Notes under the pieces: generated by a model
What the model was told of the DNA's origin: nothing
Seen by the model: only the letters and a program-made list of their open reading frames with translations
The model's database searches: none
Program-made: the position numbers and the translations under genes
NCBI GenBank assembly: GCA_018609125.1
Contig: JABAYF010000002.1
Location: 25,540-89,539 of the forward strand
DNA length: 64,000 nucleotides
Source: Candidatus Nanopelagicales bacterium
Lineage (GTDB): Bacteria > Actinomycetota > Actinomycetes > S36-B12
Direction: 5' to 3'
Shown: positions 39,762 through 51,346 of the stretch, one piece after another
How the letters are laid out: the number at the start of each line of letters is the position of its first letter
Position numbering within the stretch: the first letter of the stretch is position 1

Positions 39762-39793
39762 CTATTATGACTAGTTCTTTATAGTCATAATAG
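39762..39793. promoter_or_regulatory. perfect 12-bp inverted repeat CTATTATGACTA-N8-TAGTCATAATAG in the AT-rich whiB4/PBP intergenic region
   Basis: Read directly. It sits in the most AT-rich stretch of the window, 121-152 nt upstream of the whiB4 start. Confidence 0.4.
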
Positions 39794-40046
39794 GCTATTT
39801 AAGTGATCGGCGTCACTCTATTTCGATCGAAAGACGACATCAATCGAGTTTTCGCCCTCCACAGAACAGGCCATCGGACCCCTAGGTGACCTACCCTGGA
39901 ACGCAGTCGACGTTGGGTTCGTCTACTCCTCACACCACCTCAACTGATCAGAAAAGGTGTTCTGCCTCGTGCCCGCCACTTCGCCACCACCGCAGGGCCC
40001 GCCCACGCCGCGCGCCCAGGTTGAGCGGGTGCGATGGAGCGGTCGG

Positions 40047-42605
40047 ATGGGTCGATCGCTGACCTTCCTCGGGGTGGCGGGGCTCGCCGGCGTGGTCGCC
40101 GCGGCCATGGTGCTTCCCCTCGCCGCCGGAGCCGGTGCACTCACCCGCAGCGCGGTGGAAAGTTTTGAGTCCCTGCCTACCAACCTCGATGCTCCCGATC
40201 TGCCCGAGCGCTCGGTGATTTTGGCCGCCGATGGCTCGATCATGGCCACGATCTACTACCAAAACCGCATCGCGGTACCTCTCACTGCGGTCTCGGCTGT
40301 CATGCGCCAGGCCATCGTGGCTGTGGAAGATGTTCGCTTCTTGGAGCACCCAGGCCTGGACCTCCGCGGCACCGTGCGCGCCATGGTTTCCAACGCCAGC
40401 TCAGCCGGTGGCGTACAGGGCGGCTCCACCATCACCCAGCAGTACGTGAAAAACGTACTCATTGCCGAAGCCAGCAACGAGGCCGAACTTGAAGCCGCCC
40501 AGGGCCGCACACCTGCACGCAAGCTCCGTGAAATTCGCTACGCCCTAGCTTTGGAACGACGATTCACTAAAGAACAAATCCTGGAGAAATACCTCAACAT
40601 CGTGTATTTCGGGGCGGGGGCCTACGGCGTTGAGGCCGCCTCGCGCCGGTACTTCTCCAAGCCGGCGAGTGAACTCACCCTATCCGAAGCAGCAACCATC
40701 GCCGGAATTGTTCAGCGGCCCACCGCTTTTGACCCCACCCGTAATCCGGAGCGGTCGCAAGAACGCCGCAACCTTGTGCTTGGCGAAATGGTGCAGGCCG
40801 GCTTTATTACCGCGATGGAAGCCGATGCTGCGCGCCAGGTACCACTTGAGGACATACTCAACCCATCACTCCCGCGCAATGGCTGCACGTCTTCTTATGC
40901 GCCCTACTTTTGCGAATACGTGGTGCGCACACTGGCCAATGACCCGGTGTACGGCGCCACCGCCGGTGAACGCGAGGCATTGCTACGCCGCGGTGGGCTC
41001 ACGATTCGGACGACCATGGAGCCGGTCGCCCAGCGCGGTGCCACCGATTCGGTCAATTCCTACATTCCGGCCAAAGATCCCAGCCAGCGCGCAGCCGCTA
41101 TCACTCTGGTGCAGCCGGGCACCGGCAATATCATTGCGATGACGCAAAACCGAGTGTGGGGGTTGAAGGGCAAGGGCAAAACCACTTACAACTACAACGT
41201 TGATCAAGACATGGGTGGCACCATTGGCATGCAGGCCGGGTCCACGTTCAAGGTGTTCACCCTCGCCGAAGCTCTGGAGGCTGGCTTCTCACCCAGTGAA
41301 ACGATCGACTCCCCCAACCCCAAGACGTTTAGCAATTTTGTGAACTGCACTGACGGTGAAGAGTTTGATCCGGTCACCGTGCGCAACTCTGGCTCTGCCG
41401 GCGTGCTCGACATGTGGCAGGCCACCGCATTTTCCACCAACACCTACTTCGTCACCCTGGCCGAACGCTACGGACTGTGCCGCCAGGCTGAGATCGCTGA
41501 AGCTATGGGAGTTAACCGAGCCAGTGGTGATCCGCTACTGCGGGTGCCCACCTTTTCCCTTGGCACCATGGAGGTTTCACCCCTGTCCATGGCCGGCGCG
41601 TACGCTGCTTTTGCTAATCACGGTGAATACTGCGATCCTCGCCCGGTGTTGGAGATCACCGATCGAAACGGGGATCAGGTGGCGGTGGCACCCCCGCGCT
41701 GCCGACAGGTGATTGACCGCGGCGTGGCCGACACCGTGACTGCAGTCTTGACCGGCGTCATCGACGGTCCACTGTCGGGTCGTACCGGTGCGGCCATGTC
41801 GCTCCCCGACCGCGCCGCCGCCGGGAAGACCGGATCTACCAACGAAAATGCCGCGATTTGGTTTGCTGGATTTACTCCCGACCTTGCCGGTGCGGTCTGG
41901 GTGGGTGACCCGCGCGGTGGATTCGCCTACCCCATGACCGACGTCACGATCAACGGGCAGTACTACTCCTATGTCACCGGTGGTCAGATTCCCGGACCCA
42001 TTTGGCGAGAGTCGATGATGGCGGCCCTGTCGCGTTCGGCGCCCACTGACTTCCAACTGCAAAGCCCCTGGGGCGTAGGCGCGGTACGCAGCGTGACCGG
42101 CGGTAGCGTTTTCATTCCCACCCCCACCATTCCCCAGCTGCAGCGCGCGGGCGCACCTAGCAATATCGATTTCACCGCCCAAAATGCTGAGGGGACCTCG
42201 GTGAGTGTGAGTTGGGATGCCGGGGACTCAGATGGTTCACCCACACCGGTTCGGTATCGCGTATCGGTGCAGCCCGGTGACCAGGTGTGCGAGGTCACTG
42301 CCGCACCTCGTCGCATGTCCTGCATTATCGATGGACTCACCCCGGGTGAGACCTACTCGATTTCGGTGGTCGGCATTGATTCCACCGATGAACTTAGTGA
42401 GGCAAGTTCACCTCGCTCCTACACCGTGCCCGGTGGCATTGAGCCCACACCCGAACCCACACCCGAGCCCACACCCGAGCCCACACCCGAACCCACACCC
42501 GAACCTACCCCTGAACCCACACCCGAACCTACCCCTGAGCCCACACCGGAAGCGCCCGCAGACGTACCACTGGATGCCGCGCTTATGAAGATAAGGCTGC
42601 TTTAA
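40047..42605 (+). CDS. class A penicillin-binding protein (transglycosylase/transpeptidase) with C-terminal FN3-like domain and (EPTP)9 tail
   Basis: GT51 motifs (AVEDVRFLEHPG, GGSTITQQ, RKLRE) and transpeptidase motifs (STFK, SGS-type, KTGST). ATG 40047 is preceded by GGAG at 7 nt. Rv3682 (ponA2) position. Confidence 0.9.
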   Translation: MGRSLTFLGVAGLAGVVAAAMVLPLAAGAGALTRSAVESFESLPTNLDAPDLPERSVILAADGSIMATIYYQNRIAVPLTAVSAVMRQAIVAVEDVRFLEHPGLDLRGTVRAMVSNASSAGGVQGGSTITQQYVKNVLIAEASNEAELEAAQGRTPARKLREIRYALALERRFTKEQILEKYLNIVYFGAGAYGVEAASRRYFSKPASELTLSEAATIAGIVQRPTAFDPTRNPERSQERRNLVLGEMVQAGFITAMEADAARQVPLEDILNPSLPRNGCTSSYAPYFCEYVVRTLANDPVYGATAGEREALLRRGGLTIRTTMEPVAQRGATDSVNSYIPAKDPSQRAAAITLVQPGTGNIIAMTQNRVWGLKGKGKTTYNYNVDQDMGGTIGMQAGSTFKVFTLAEALEAGFSPSETIDSPNPKTFSNFVNCTDGEEFDPVTVRNSGSAGVLDMWQATAFSTNTYFVTLAERYGLCRQAEIAEAMGVNRASGDPLLRVPTFSLGTMEVSPLSMAGAYAAFANHGEYCDPRPVLEITDRNGDQVAVAPPRCRQVIDRGVADTVTAVLTGVIDGPLSGRTGAAMSLPDRAAAGKTGSTNENAAIWFAGFTPDLAGAVWVGDPRGGFAYPMTDVTINGQYYSYVTGGQIPGPIWRESMMAALSRSAPTDFQLQSPWGVGAVRSVTGGSVFIPTPTIPQLQRAGAPSNIDFTAQNAEGTSVSVSWDAGDSDGSPTPVRYRVSVQPGDQVCEVTAAPRRMSCIIDGLTPGETYSISVVGIDSTDELSEASSPRSYTVPGGIEPTPEPTPEPTPEPTPEPTPEPTPEPTPEPTPEPTPEAPADVPLDAALMKIRLL
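42441..42548 (+). repeat. 12-nt tandem repeat x9 (gaRcccacaccc / gaacctacccct) encoding (EPTP)9
   Basis: Read directly at the 3' end of the PBP gene. Confidence 0.9.
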
Positions 42606-43047
42606 CCTGTGCTGCAACAAATCCACCGTCAGCACGGCCCTTCACTTTCGGTTGCACGATCTTCATCACCGCACCGATAGCCGCCGGGCCCGACCTACCT
42701 TCGGCAGCAACAGCGGCCACCGCCGCATTGACGATTTCACTGATCTGATCGGTGGTGAGTTGTTCGGGTAGGTATCCGGTAATAACCGCAAGTTCAGCGC
42801 GCTCAAGATCGGCGCGGTCGGTTGCACCGGCATTGTCGTAGGAGGTAGCAGCCTCGCGGCGCTTCTTCGCTTCGGTGGCGAGCACGTCAGTGACGTCGGC
42901 ATCGGTGAGTTCTCGCACTGTCTTACCCGAGACTTCCGCATTGGTGACCGCTGTCAGCACCATCCGCACGGTTCCCAGCCTCACCTCGTCCTTATCTCGC
43001 ATGGCCTGCGTGAGATCAGACTGCAGCCGTGCCTTCAATTCACTCAT
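42583..43047 (-). CDS. GatB/YqeY domain-containing protein
   Basis: N-terminal LKARLQSDLTQAMRDKDEVRLGTVRMVLTAV is typical of YqeY. Confidence 0.85.
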   Translation of the reverse strand: MSELKARLQSDLTQAMRDKDEVRLGTVRMVLTAVTNAEVSGKTVRELTDADVTDVLATEAKKRREAATSYDNAGATDRADLERAELAVITGYLPEQLTTDQISEIVNAAVAAVAAEGRSGPAAIGAVMKIVQPKVKGRADGGFVAAQVKAALSS

Positions 43048-43083
43048 GTTCCCATCCTGTCATGCACATGACAGACTCCTGAC

Positions 43084-43980
43084 GTGTCGGCCACGTCAAC
43101 TCTGCCATCGCGCGCCCTCGTTGGAGCTTCGACGCTGGCGATAGCGGGAGCGGCGGGCCTTGCTTATGCGCGCTGGGAGGCAGCGAATTTTCAGCTGCGC
43201 CGAGTCACGATTTCCCCACTTCCCATCGGGCATGATCCGATCCGCGTGCTGCACCTATCCGACCTGCACCTCACCCCCGGGCGCCGACGTCTTCAAGAGT
43301 GGGTACGCGCACTGGCTGCGCTCTCTCCGGACCTTGTTGTGGTGACCGGCGACATCATGTCGCACGAAGATGCGGTTCCATTGGCCCTGCACGCGCTAGC
43401 ACCACTTGAGGGAGTGCCATCGGTATTTGTGTTGGGCAGCAACGACTATTTTGCTCCCCGACCGGTTAATCCCCTGTCCTATTTTGCGGGACCGAGTACC
43501 TGGGACCCGCAGCGTCAGCAATTGCCGTGGGCCGACCTAATTACCGGTCTGCAAGCAGCCGGTTGGCACTACCTGGGCAATACAAGCGATTCCATCGAAC
43601 TACCCCAGGGGCGCTTAGATCTGCGCGGCGTTGACGATCCGCACATCGAACGCGATGACTATGCAAGCGTGAGTGGCGCGGTTGATCACCTCACTTTCGG
43701 CATAACACACGCGCCCTATCGTCGGGTGCTTGATGCGATGTCGACCGATGGCGTCAACCTGGTGCTGGCCGGGCACACCCACGGCGGGCAGTTGCGGGTT
43801 CCCGGTGTTGGCGCGCTGGTGACCAACTGCGATATCGACCGGGCGCGGGCCCGCGGGGCATCTCGATACGGAACTGCCCACCTGCATGTGTCAGCCGGTT
43901 TGGGCACTTCACCCTTCGCACCATTCCGGTTTGCCTGCCCACCCGAGGCCACACTGCTAACGCTGACAGCCTCCGGCTAG
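43084..43980 (+). CDS. metallophosphoesterase
   Basis: HLSDLHL, GDIMS and GHTHGG motifs, with an N-terminal TM helix. Rv3683 position. Confidence 0.85.
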   Translation: MSATSTLPSRALVGASTLAIAGAAGLAYARWEAANFQLRRVTISPLPIGHDPIRVLHLSDLHLTPGRRRLQEWVRALAALSPDLVVVTGDIMSHEDAVPLALHALAPLEGVPSVFVLGSNDYFAPRPVNPLSYFAGPSTWDPQRQQLPWADLITGLQAAGWHYLGNTSDSIELPQGRLDLRGVDDPHIERDDYASVSGAVDHLTFGITHAPYRRVLDAMSTDGVNLVLAGHTHGGQLRVPGVGALVTNCDIDRARARGASRYGTAHLHVSAGLGTSPFAPFRFACPPEATLLTLTASG

Positions 43981-43995
43981 ACTGCCACGGCACTT

Positions 43996-44069
<74 letters not shown>

Positions 44070-44081
44070 CACCATGCTGTT

Positions 44082-44115
44082 CGTGGCGCTGCTGCTCATC
44101 AGCGGGAGCGCCACG
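44082..44115. terminator. 9-bp-stem hairpin between tRNA-Pro and the convergent asd gene
   Basis: CGTGGCGCT (44082-44090) pairs with AGCGCCACG (44107-44115). No U-tract on either strand. Confidence 0.45.
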
Positions 44116-44119
44116 GGGG

Positions 44120-46446
<2,327 letters not shown>

Positions 46447-46486
46447 GGCCGCATTCTAGCCCGCGATCTTGTCAGCCAATCTGGTG

Positions 46487-47083
46487 CTAGTCCACCCGGC
46501 GGCGACCGGCGAAGGCACGACCGAGGGTGACCTCGTCGGCATATTCAAGATCGCCACCCACCGGCAGGCCACTGGCCAAGCGGCTGACGGTCAACCCCAG
46601 CGGGTTCAATGCGCGGGCCAGGTACGTGGCGGTCGCCTCACCCTCCAGATTGGGATCGGTGGCAATGATGACCTCTTCGATCGCGCCGTCGCTGAGTCGC
46701 TGCATGAGTTCGCGCACCCGCAACTGCTCGGGGCCGATCCCGTCGATGGGGCTGATGGCGCCACCGAGCACGTGATAGCGACCGCGGTACTCCCCGGTGC
46801 GTTCAATGGCAATCACATCGCGCGACTCTTCCACCACGCAGAGCATGCTCGGATCTCGTCGCGGGTCTCGGCAGATGCGGCAAATGTCTTCCTCAGACAC
46901 GTTGCCGCACTGTTCACAAAACTTCACCCGCTCTTGCACTTCAAGCAGGGTGTTGGCCAGGCGTTTAACGTCTTCTTCCTCCGCTTGGAGCAGGTAAAAG
47001 GCAATCCGCTGTGCACTTTTAGGGCCGATTCCGGGTAGTTGCCCGAGTTCGTCAATGAGGTCAGCCAGAACACCCTCATACAC
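46487..47083 (-). CDS. recR: recombination protein RecR
   Basis: Zinc-finger C-x2-C-x12-C-x2-C ([18 protein letters not shown]) and a Toprim domain. Confidence 0.95.
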   Translation of the reverse strand: MYEGVLADLIDELGQLPGIGPKSAQRIAFYLLQAEEEDVKRLANTLLEVQERVKFCEQCGNVSEEDICRICRDPRRDPSMLCVVEESRDVIAIERTGEYRGRYHVLGGAISPIDGIGPEQLRVRELMQRLSDGAIEEVIIATDPNLEGEATATYLARALNPLGLTVSRLASGLPVGGDLEYADEVTLGRAFAGRRRVD

Positions 47084-47085
47084 GG

Positions 47086-48762
47086 TCAGCCCTGCTCAAT
47101 CTCACCGATGACGGTGGCTCCGAGTTCGGCGATAGCCAAAGACTCGCCAACGAGCGAGGCGTCCTCGGCATCGTCATCGGTCAGGCTTGGTGTGTCGGCT
47201 TCAACGGCGGGTACGCCCGGTGATGTGGGATCTGCTTTACTCCCGCCACCTCCACCGGTTCCGATCGGCACCACATCAACGCTGACGGAGGCATGCATCG
47301 TCGTTTGCACGGCGCGTTGCATGAGTTCGTCGTGGCGAGCTGAACGAATGTTGTTGAGTTTGCCGATATCGGCCACTCCCACGGCCAGTACCGCGTCGTC
47401 GACGGACAGGGGCTGGGCATCGGAAAAAGCCATCCAAGCGATGCGACGCTCGGCCTTCAACGCCTCCAGAATCGCGGGCCACATGATGACAACGTCGGCC
47501 AGGGTGACCGCACCGCTTGCTACCGTCGCTGGCTCTGTTTTCGCTGGCTCTGTTTTCGCTGGCGCCGGCGCCGTGCTCGGCGCAACGCTGGACAGCTTCG
47601 GTGGTGCCGGCGTTTCGATCGGGCGCGGTGGCGCTTTCGGCGCTGGTGGGGTGGGCGCCGCCGACAACGACGGCAGCAGCAATCGCGCGGCGAGGAGTTC
47701 CAATTGCAGCCGAGGTGCCGTGGCGCCACGTAGATCAGACAGAGCAGAACTGACCAGGTCAGCAGCTGCAGAAAGTTGCGGCAGGTTAAAGCGCGTCGCT
47801 TGCTCTCGCATCTGCTCGATCTCGGCCTCGGGTGCATCCAGGAGCGGCTGGGCCTGCTCCCACGACATCGCCGAAATGACGATCAGATCGCGTAAACGCT
47901 GGAGCAGGTCGGTGGCGAAACGACGTGGATCGTGCCCGGCACTGATCACCGCATCCACGGTGCCTAGGAGGGCGGCACCATCACTGTCGGCAAGTGCTGC
48001 CATGGCCGCATCGACCAGCGCCACATCGGTGACACCCAATTGGGCGACCGCGTCTGGGTAGGTGATGCCGTCGATGGAACCTGCCACCAATTGGCCGAGC
48101 ACCGAGAGGGCATCGCGCACACTGCCCGCACCCATGCGTGCCACGAGCGCGAGCGCGTCTGGGTCGGCGGTAATTCCTTCTGCGGCACATACATTTTCTA
48201 GGTGCGCCTGCAAAGTTTTGGTGGGCACGAGCCGAAACGTGTAGTGATGCGTGCGTGATCGAATGGTGGGCAGCACCTTGTCTGCCTCGGTGGTGGCAAA
48301 AATGAACCGCACGTGCTCAGGGGGTTCCTCCACCAACTTCAACAAGGCATTGAATCCTGCTGTGGTGACCATGTGTGCCTCGTCGATGATGTACACCTTG
48401 TAGCGGGAGGAGACCGGTGCAAACATCGCGCGTTCTCGAAGATCGCGGGTGTCATCAACTCCGCCGTGGCTGGCGGCATCTAGTTCGATCACGTCAAGGG
48501 AACCCGGCCCATTGGGGGCAAGCTCGACACAGCTGATGCAGGTGCCGCACGGTTCAGGGGTGGGGCCCTGTTCGCAGTTGAGAGAGCGAGCCAGGATGCG
48601 TGCTGTTGATGTTTTGCCACACCCCCGCGGGCCGGACAATAGATAGGCGTGATGCACGCGGTCGTTGGCGAGGGCGCGAGCGAGGGGCTGGGTGACGTGT
48701 TCTTGACCCACAACCTCACTCAGCCGGCCCGGCCGATAAGTGCGGTAGAGAGCCAGGGACAT
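47086..48762 (-). CDS. dnaX: DNA polymerase III subunit gamma/tau
   Basis: Walker [10 protein letters not shown], a zinc module CGTCISC and an IIDEAHM box. ATG 48762 (MSLALYR) is preferred because AGGGTGG lies upstream (ORF track start is 48771). Confidence 0.95.
   Translation of the reverse strand: MSLALYRTYRPGRLSEVVGQEHVTQPLARALANDRVHHAYLLSGPRGCGKTSTARILARSLNCEQGPTPEPCGTCISCVELAPNGPGSLDVIELDAASHGGVDDTRDLRERAMFAPVSSRYKVYIIDEAHMVTTAGFNALLKLVEEPPEHVRFIFATTEADKVLPTIRSRTHHYTFRLVPTKTLQAHLENVCAAEGITADPDALALVARMGAGSVRDALSVLGQLVAGSIDGITYPDAVAQLGVTDVALVDAAMAALADSDGAALLGTVDAVISAGHDPRRFATDLLQRLRDLIVISAMSWEQAQPLLDAPEAEIEQMREQATRFNLPQLSAAADLVSSALSDLRGATAPRLQLELLAARLLLPSLSAAPTPPAPKAPPRPIETPAPPKLSSVAPSTAPAPAKTEPAKTEPATVASGAVTLADVVIMWPAILEALKAERRIAWMAFSDAQPLSVDDAVLAVGVADIGKLNNIRSARHDELMQRAVQTTMHASVSVDVVPIGTGGGGGSKADPTSPGVPAVEADTPSLTDDDAEDASLVGESLAIAELGATVIGEIEQG
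47528..47557 (-). repeat. 15-nt tandem duplication encoding [10 protein letters not shown] in the DnaX linker
   Basis: gctggctctgttttc x2, read directly. Confidence 0.85.
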
Positions 48763-48867
48763 AACGGCCACCCTAACGCCCAGGTCCTACCACCTGTGAC
48801 TACTCACCCGCTAGCCTGCAGGGCACCCAAAAGGACTCAGCCACCCAGTTGGTGGCGCCGTTGATGT

Positions 48868-48960
48868 AGGGACCCCCCGCGCACCCGCTAGAGCTCGCTT
48901 ACCCTTGCTGCCTTCCGGCCCTGGGGGAGTTGGGCGAGATTGCGCCGCACGAGGGGTCAG
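48868..48960 (-). ncRNA. ffs: signal recognition particle RNA (small bacterial type); ends approximate
   Basis: The minus strand contains the conserved domain IV core CCCAGGGCC-GGAA-GGCAGCAAGGG (tetraloop at 48913-48916). Flanking helices pair by hand (CUCGC/GCGAG, GCGCA/UGCGC, GACCCC/GGGGUC). The location upstream of dnaX beside tRNA-Ser is classic. Confidence 0.7.
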
Positions 48961-49029
48961 TGCAAAAGCATAGGCGGCTTCACAACAGCGTTGGCGGCCC
49001 ACCCCAAAGGAGTAAGCCGCCAACCACGG

Positions 49030-49114
49030 CGGAGGATACGGGATTCGAACCCGTGAGGGGTTGCCCCCAACACGCTTTCCAAGCGTGCGCCCTAGGCCAC
49101 TAGGCGAATCCTCC
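49030..49114 (-). tRNA. tRNA-Ser (anticodon GGA)
   Basis: Hand-folded: acceptor GGAGGAT/ATCCTCC, anticodon stem CACGC/GCGTG with loop TTGGAAA, a long variable arm TTGGGGGCAACCCCTC and T-arm ACGGG-TTCGAAT-CCCGT. Confidence 0.95.
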
Positions 49115-49258
49115 GCCGGCAAGGCTACCCGTGCGTTGGCACCGGTTGATGTCCGGCCGCGTCTACACCGATTCCACTCGACATCACACTTAGACTGAGC
49201 ACAGATTTTTTGCCCATCACACCCTCATTCACCGCAGCCCTGCTGGAGGCATCACCAC

Positions 49259-49933
49259 ATGAGCACAACGCCCACCGGACCCCGCGCTGCCAGCCGACAT
49301 CGGCGGCGGCGGAATCCGGCAACATCGATCGTGCTGGTCGTGGTGGGCATGGTGGTGTTGTTCGCAGCCGGTTTCGGGCTCTCCGTCATCATCCGCGGTG
49401 CCGCATCAGACACCGATGCCAACGGTGGTGGCGGCGGTGGTGGCGGTGGTACTTCTTCACCGAGCCCCACCCCGCTGCCGTGTGTCACGGTCACCGTCAC
49501 CCCCGGTGCCGGGCTGCCCAATCCTTCCTCGGTGACCACCAACATTTTCAATGGCACCGACCGAGCCGGGCTCGCCGCCACCACGGCTGAAGACCTGCAG
49601 ACCCGCGGCTTCATCATTGGCACGATCGATAACGATCCCCTGGGTCGAGCGGTGAGTGCCACCGCCGAGATCCGACATGGCCCGGCTGGCCTGGCTGCTG
49701 CCCAACTCATGACCTACTACGTTCCGGGTGCAGTTTTGGTCGATGACGCCCGCACCGATGCCACGATCGATACTGTGCTCGGACAGGCATTCACCACGGT
49801 GGCCTCACAGGCTGAGGTGGATGCCGCGCTCCTTGCCCCATCGCCCTCGGCGTCTGGCCCGGGCTGCCCTAGCCCCACCGGTTCGGTGCCCGATCCCAGT
49901 ATTGAGCCAACGGGCACCATTCCCTCGGCATAA
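49259..49933 (+). CDS. LytR_C domain-containing membrane-anchored protein
   Basis: Arg-rich N-terminus plus one TM helix, a Gly8 tract, then the FNGTDRAGLAATTAEDLQTRGF pattern typical of the LytR C-terminal domain. GGAGG precedes the ATG. Confidence 0.7.
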   Translation: MSTTPTGPRAASRHRRRRNPATSIVLVVVGMVVLFAAGFGLSVIIRGAASDTDANGGGGGGGGGTSSPSPTPLPCVTVTVTPGAGLPNPSSVTTNIFNGTDRAGLAATTAEDLQTRGFIIGTIDNDPLGRAVSATAEIRHGPAGLAAAQLMTYYVPGAVLVDDARTDATIDTVLGQAFTTVASQAEVDAALLAPSPSASGPGCPSPTGSVPDPSIEPTGTIPSA

Positions 49934-49966
49934 GTTCCCTCCTACGCCGCGATCGAAAGGATCCCC

Positions 49967-50968
49967 ATGCTGCGAGCCGGTGTAGATCTTGGCGGCACCA
50001 AGATTCAAGTTGCCATCTTGGATCCCAATCTCGATGTGGTGGGCCAGTGCCGAGTTCCCACCCCGCAGGACCACGGCAGCAACGGTGTTCTCGACGCCAT
50101 GATTGGCGCTGTTGGTACCGCGCTCACCGCTGCCAACGCCACCGCCGATCAACTCATCGGTGTCGGCGTCGGTGCTCCCGGACAAATTGACAAGGCCGCT
50201 GGCACGCTCAGTCACGCCATCAACCTGCCCGACTGGATGGGCACCGTTGAGGTCTCCTCGGTGATGCGCACGGCGCTGGGCGTTCCCATTGAACTTGCCA
50301 ACGACGTGCAGGTGGGGGTGATGGCCGAGTCACGCCTGGGGGCGGGACGTCCCTATGACTCCATGCTCGGTGTGTTTTGTGGCACCGGCGTTGGCGGTGG
50401 TGTTGTGATGCACGACACCCTTTGGTTGGGTCGTGGAGCGGCCGGCGAAGTTGGGCACATGGTGGTCGAACCTGATGGAGCAAAGTGCACGTGCGGGCGA
50501 CGCGGCTGCCTGGAGGCCTATGCCGGTCGCGCCGCCATGGAGATTGAGGCACGCCACCGGGTGAAGCACGGTCACAAGACCGACCTGTTCGACATCATGG
50601 AACACAAGGGCCGCACCCGCTTGGCCAGTGGTGTGTGGGCAAAAGCTTTGGCGCACGACGACAAAATGGCGACCCGGCTCATCAAGCGAGCCGAGTGGGC
50701 CCTGGGCCTGGCCATCGCCAGCGCGGTGAACCTGCTCGACATCGAAGCGGTCATCATCGGCGGCGGTCTCGGTTGTCGCCTCGGTGCACCCTTTGTTGAT
50801 CGCATCCGCGAACAAATGATGCCCCACCTCGTGCTGCCCGAACGTCCACCGCAGGTGCTCGTTGCCGCCCTCGGCGATCTCGGCGGAGCCACCGGCGCAG
50901 CGCTGCTCGTTGAGCACACTGTGGCGCCCACGGAACAGCTAGGCGCTGTTTTGGACCCCGACGCTTAG
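49967..50968 (+). CDS. ROK family sugar kinase (glucokinase-like)
   Basis: DLGGTK N-terminal ATP motif and the zinc motif CTCGRRGCLEAY. Confidence 0.85.
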   Translation: MLRAGVDLGGTKIQVAILDPNLDVVGQCRVPTPQDHGSNGVLDAMIGAVGTALTAANATADQLIGVGVGAPGQIDKAAGTLSHAINLPDWMGTVEVSSVMRTALGVPIELANDVQVGVMAESRLGAGRPYDSMLGVFCGTGVGGGVVMHDTLWLGRGAAGEVGHMVVEPDGAKCTCGRRGCLEAYAGRAAMEIEARHRVKHGHKTDLFDIMEHKGRTRLASGVWAKALAHDDKMATRLIKRAEWALGLAIASAVNLLDIEAVIIGGGLGCRLGAPFVDRIREQMMPHLVLPERPPQVLVAALGDLGGATGAALLVEHTVAPTEQLGAVLDPDA

Positions 50969-50977
50969 GCTGCACCC

Positions 50978-51277
50978 ATGAATGTTGCCGCACTCACCCG
51001 CCGCCAGATGCCATCTCGATGGTCATGGGCTTCGAAGAATTCCACCCTGAGCATCGCCTCGCGCGGATCGGTGTTGAGTATCGCCTCAATTGGTTCATCG
51101 GGATCAATCCTGAGCATTGGTTCCTCGGCGTCAATCGGCAGCATCGGTTCCTTCGCGAGTTTGGGCAGCATCATGTCCTTCGCCTCTCGCTTTTCGGTCA
51201 TGTCTTCGCGAAGCGCCTGGGCCATGCTGTCACCTCGTGGTCGCGGGGTGTCGACTGTTACCGATGCGGCACAATAG
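50978..51277 (+). CDS. Ser-x-x triplet-repeat small protein (99 aa), function unknown; strand assignment provisional
   Basis: Ser falls at every third residue from residue 13 to 79, encoded by both TCN (16) and AGY (7) codons. A competing antisense ORF lies at 50965-51225 (see findings). Confidence 0.5.
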   Translation: MNVAALTRRQMPSRWSWASKNSTLSIASRGSVLSIASIGSSGSILSIGSSASIGSIGSFASLGSIMSFASRFSVMSSRSAWAMLSPRGRGVSTVTDAAQ

Positions 51278-51346
51278 ATTTATGGCTTCTCCGGAATCCC
51301 AGATTCGTGCGTGCCCTGCATGTGCAGCAAAAAATCGGCTGCCCCA

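Noticed and set aside
47086-48762. Programmed -1 frameshift site in dnaX (E. coli-type A AAA AAG)
   Set aside because: Scanning the gene by eye on the coding strand, I did not find an A-AAA-AAG-like slippery heptamer. Eye-scanning is fallible, so a pattern search would settle it.
50965-51225. Minus-strand ORF (86 aa, EPMLPID/EPMLRID repeats) with a good SD, antisense to the Ser-x-x ORF
   Set aside because: It is not listed as the primary gene. At equivalent repeat positions it alternates Leu with Asp/Glu (CTN versus GAN), whereas the plus frame keeps Ser through both codon families. It cannot be excluded without comparative or expression data and is discussed in the findings.
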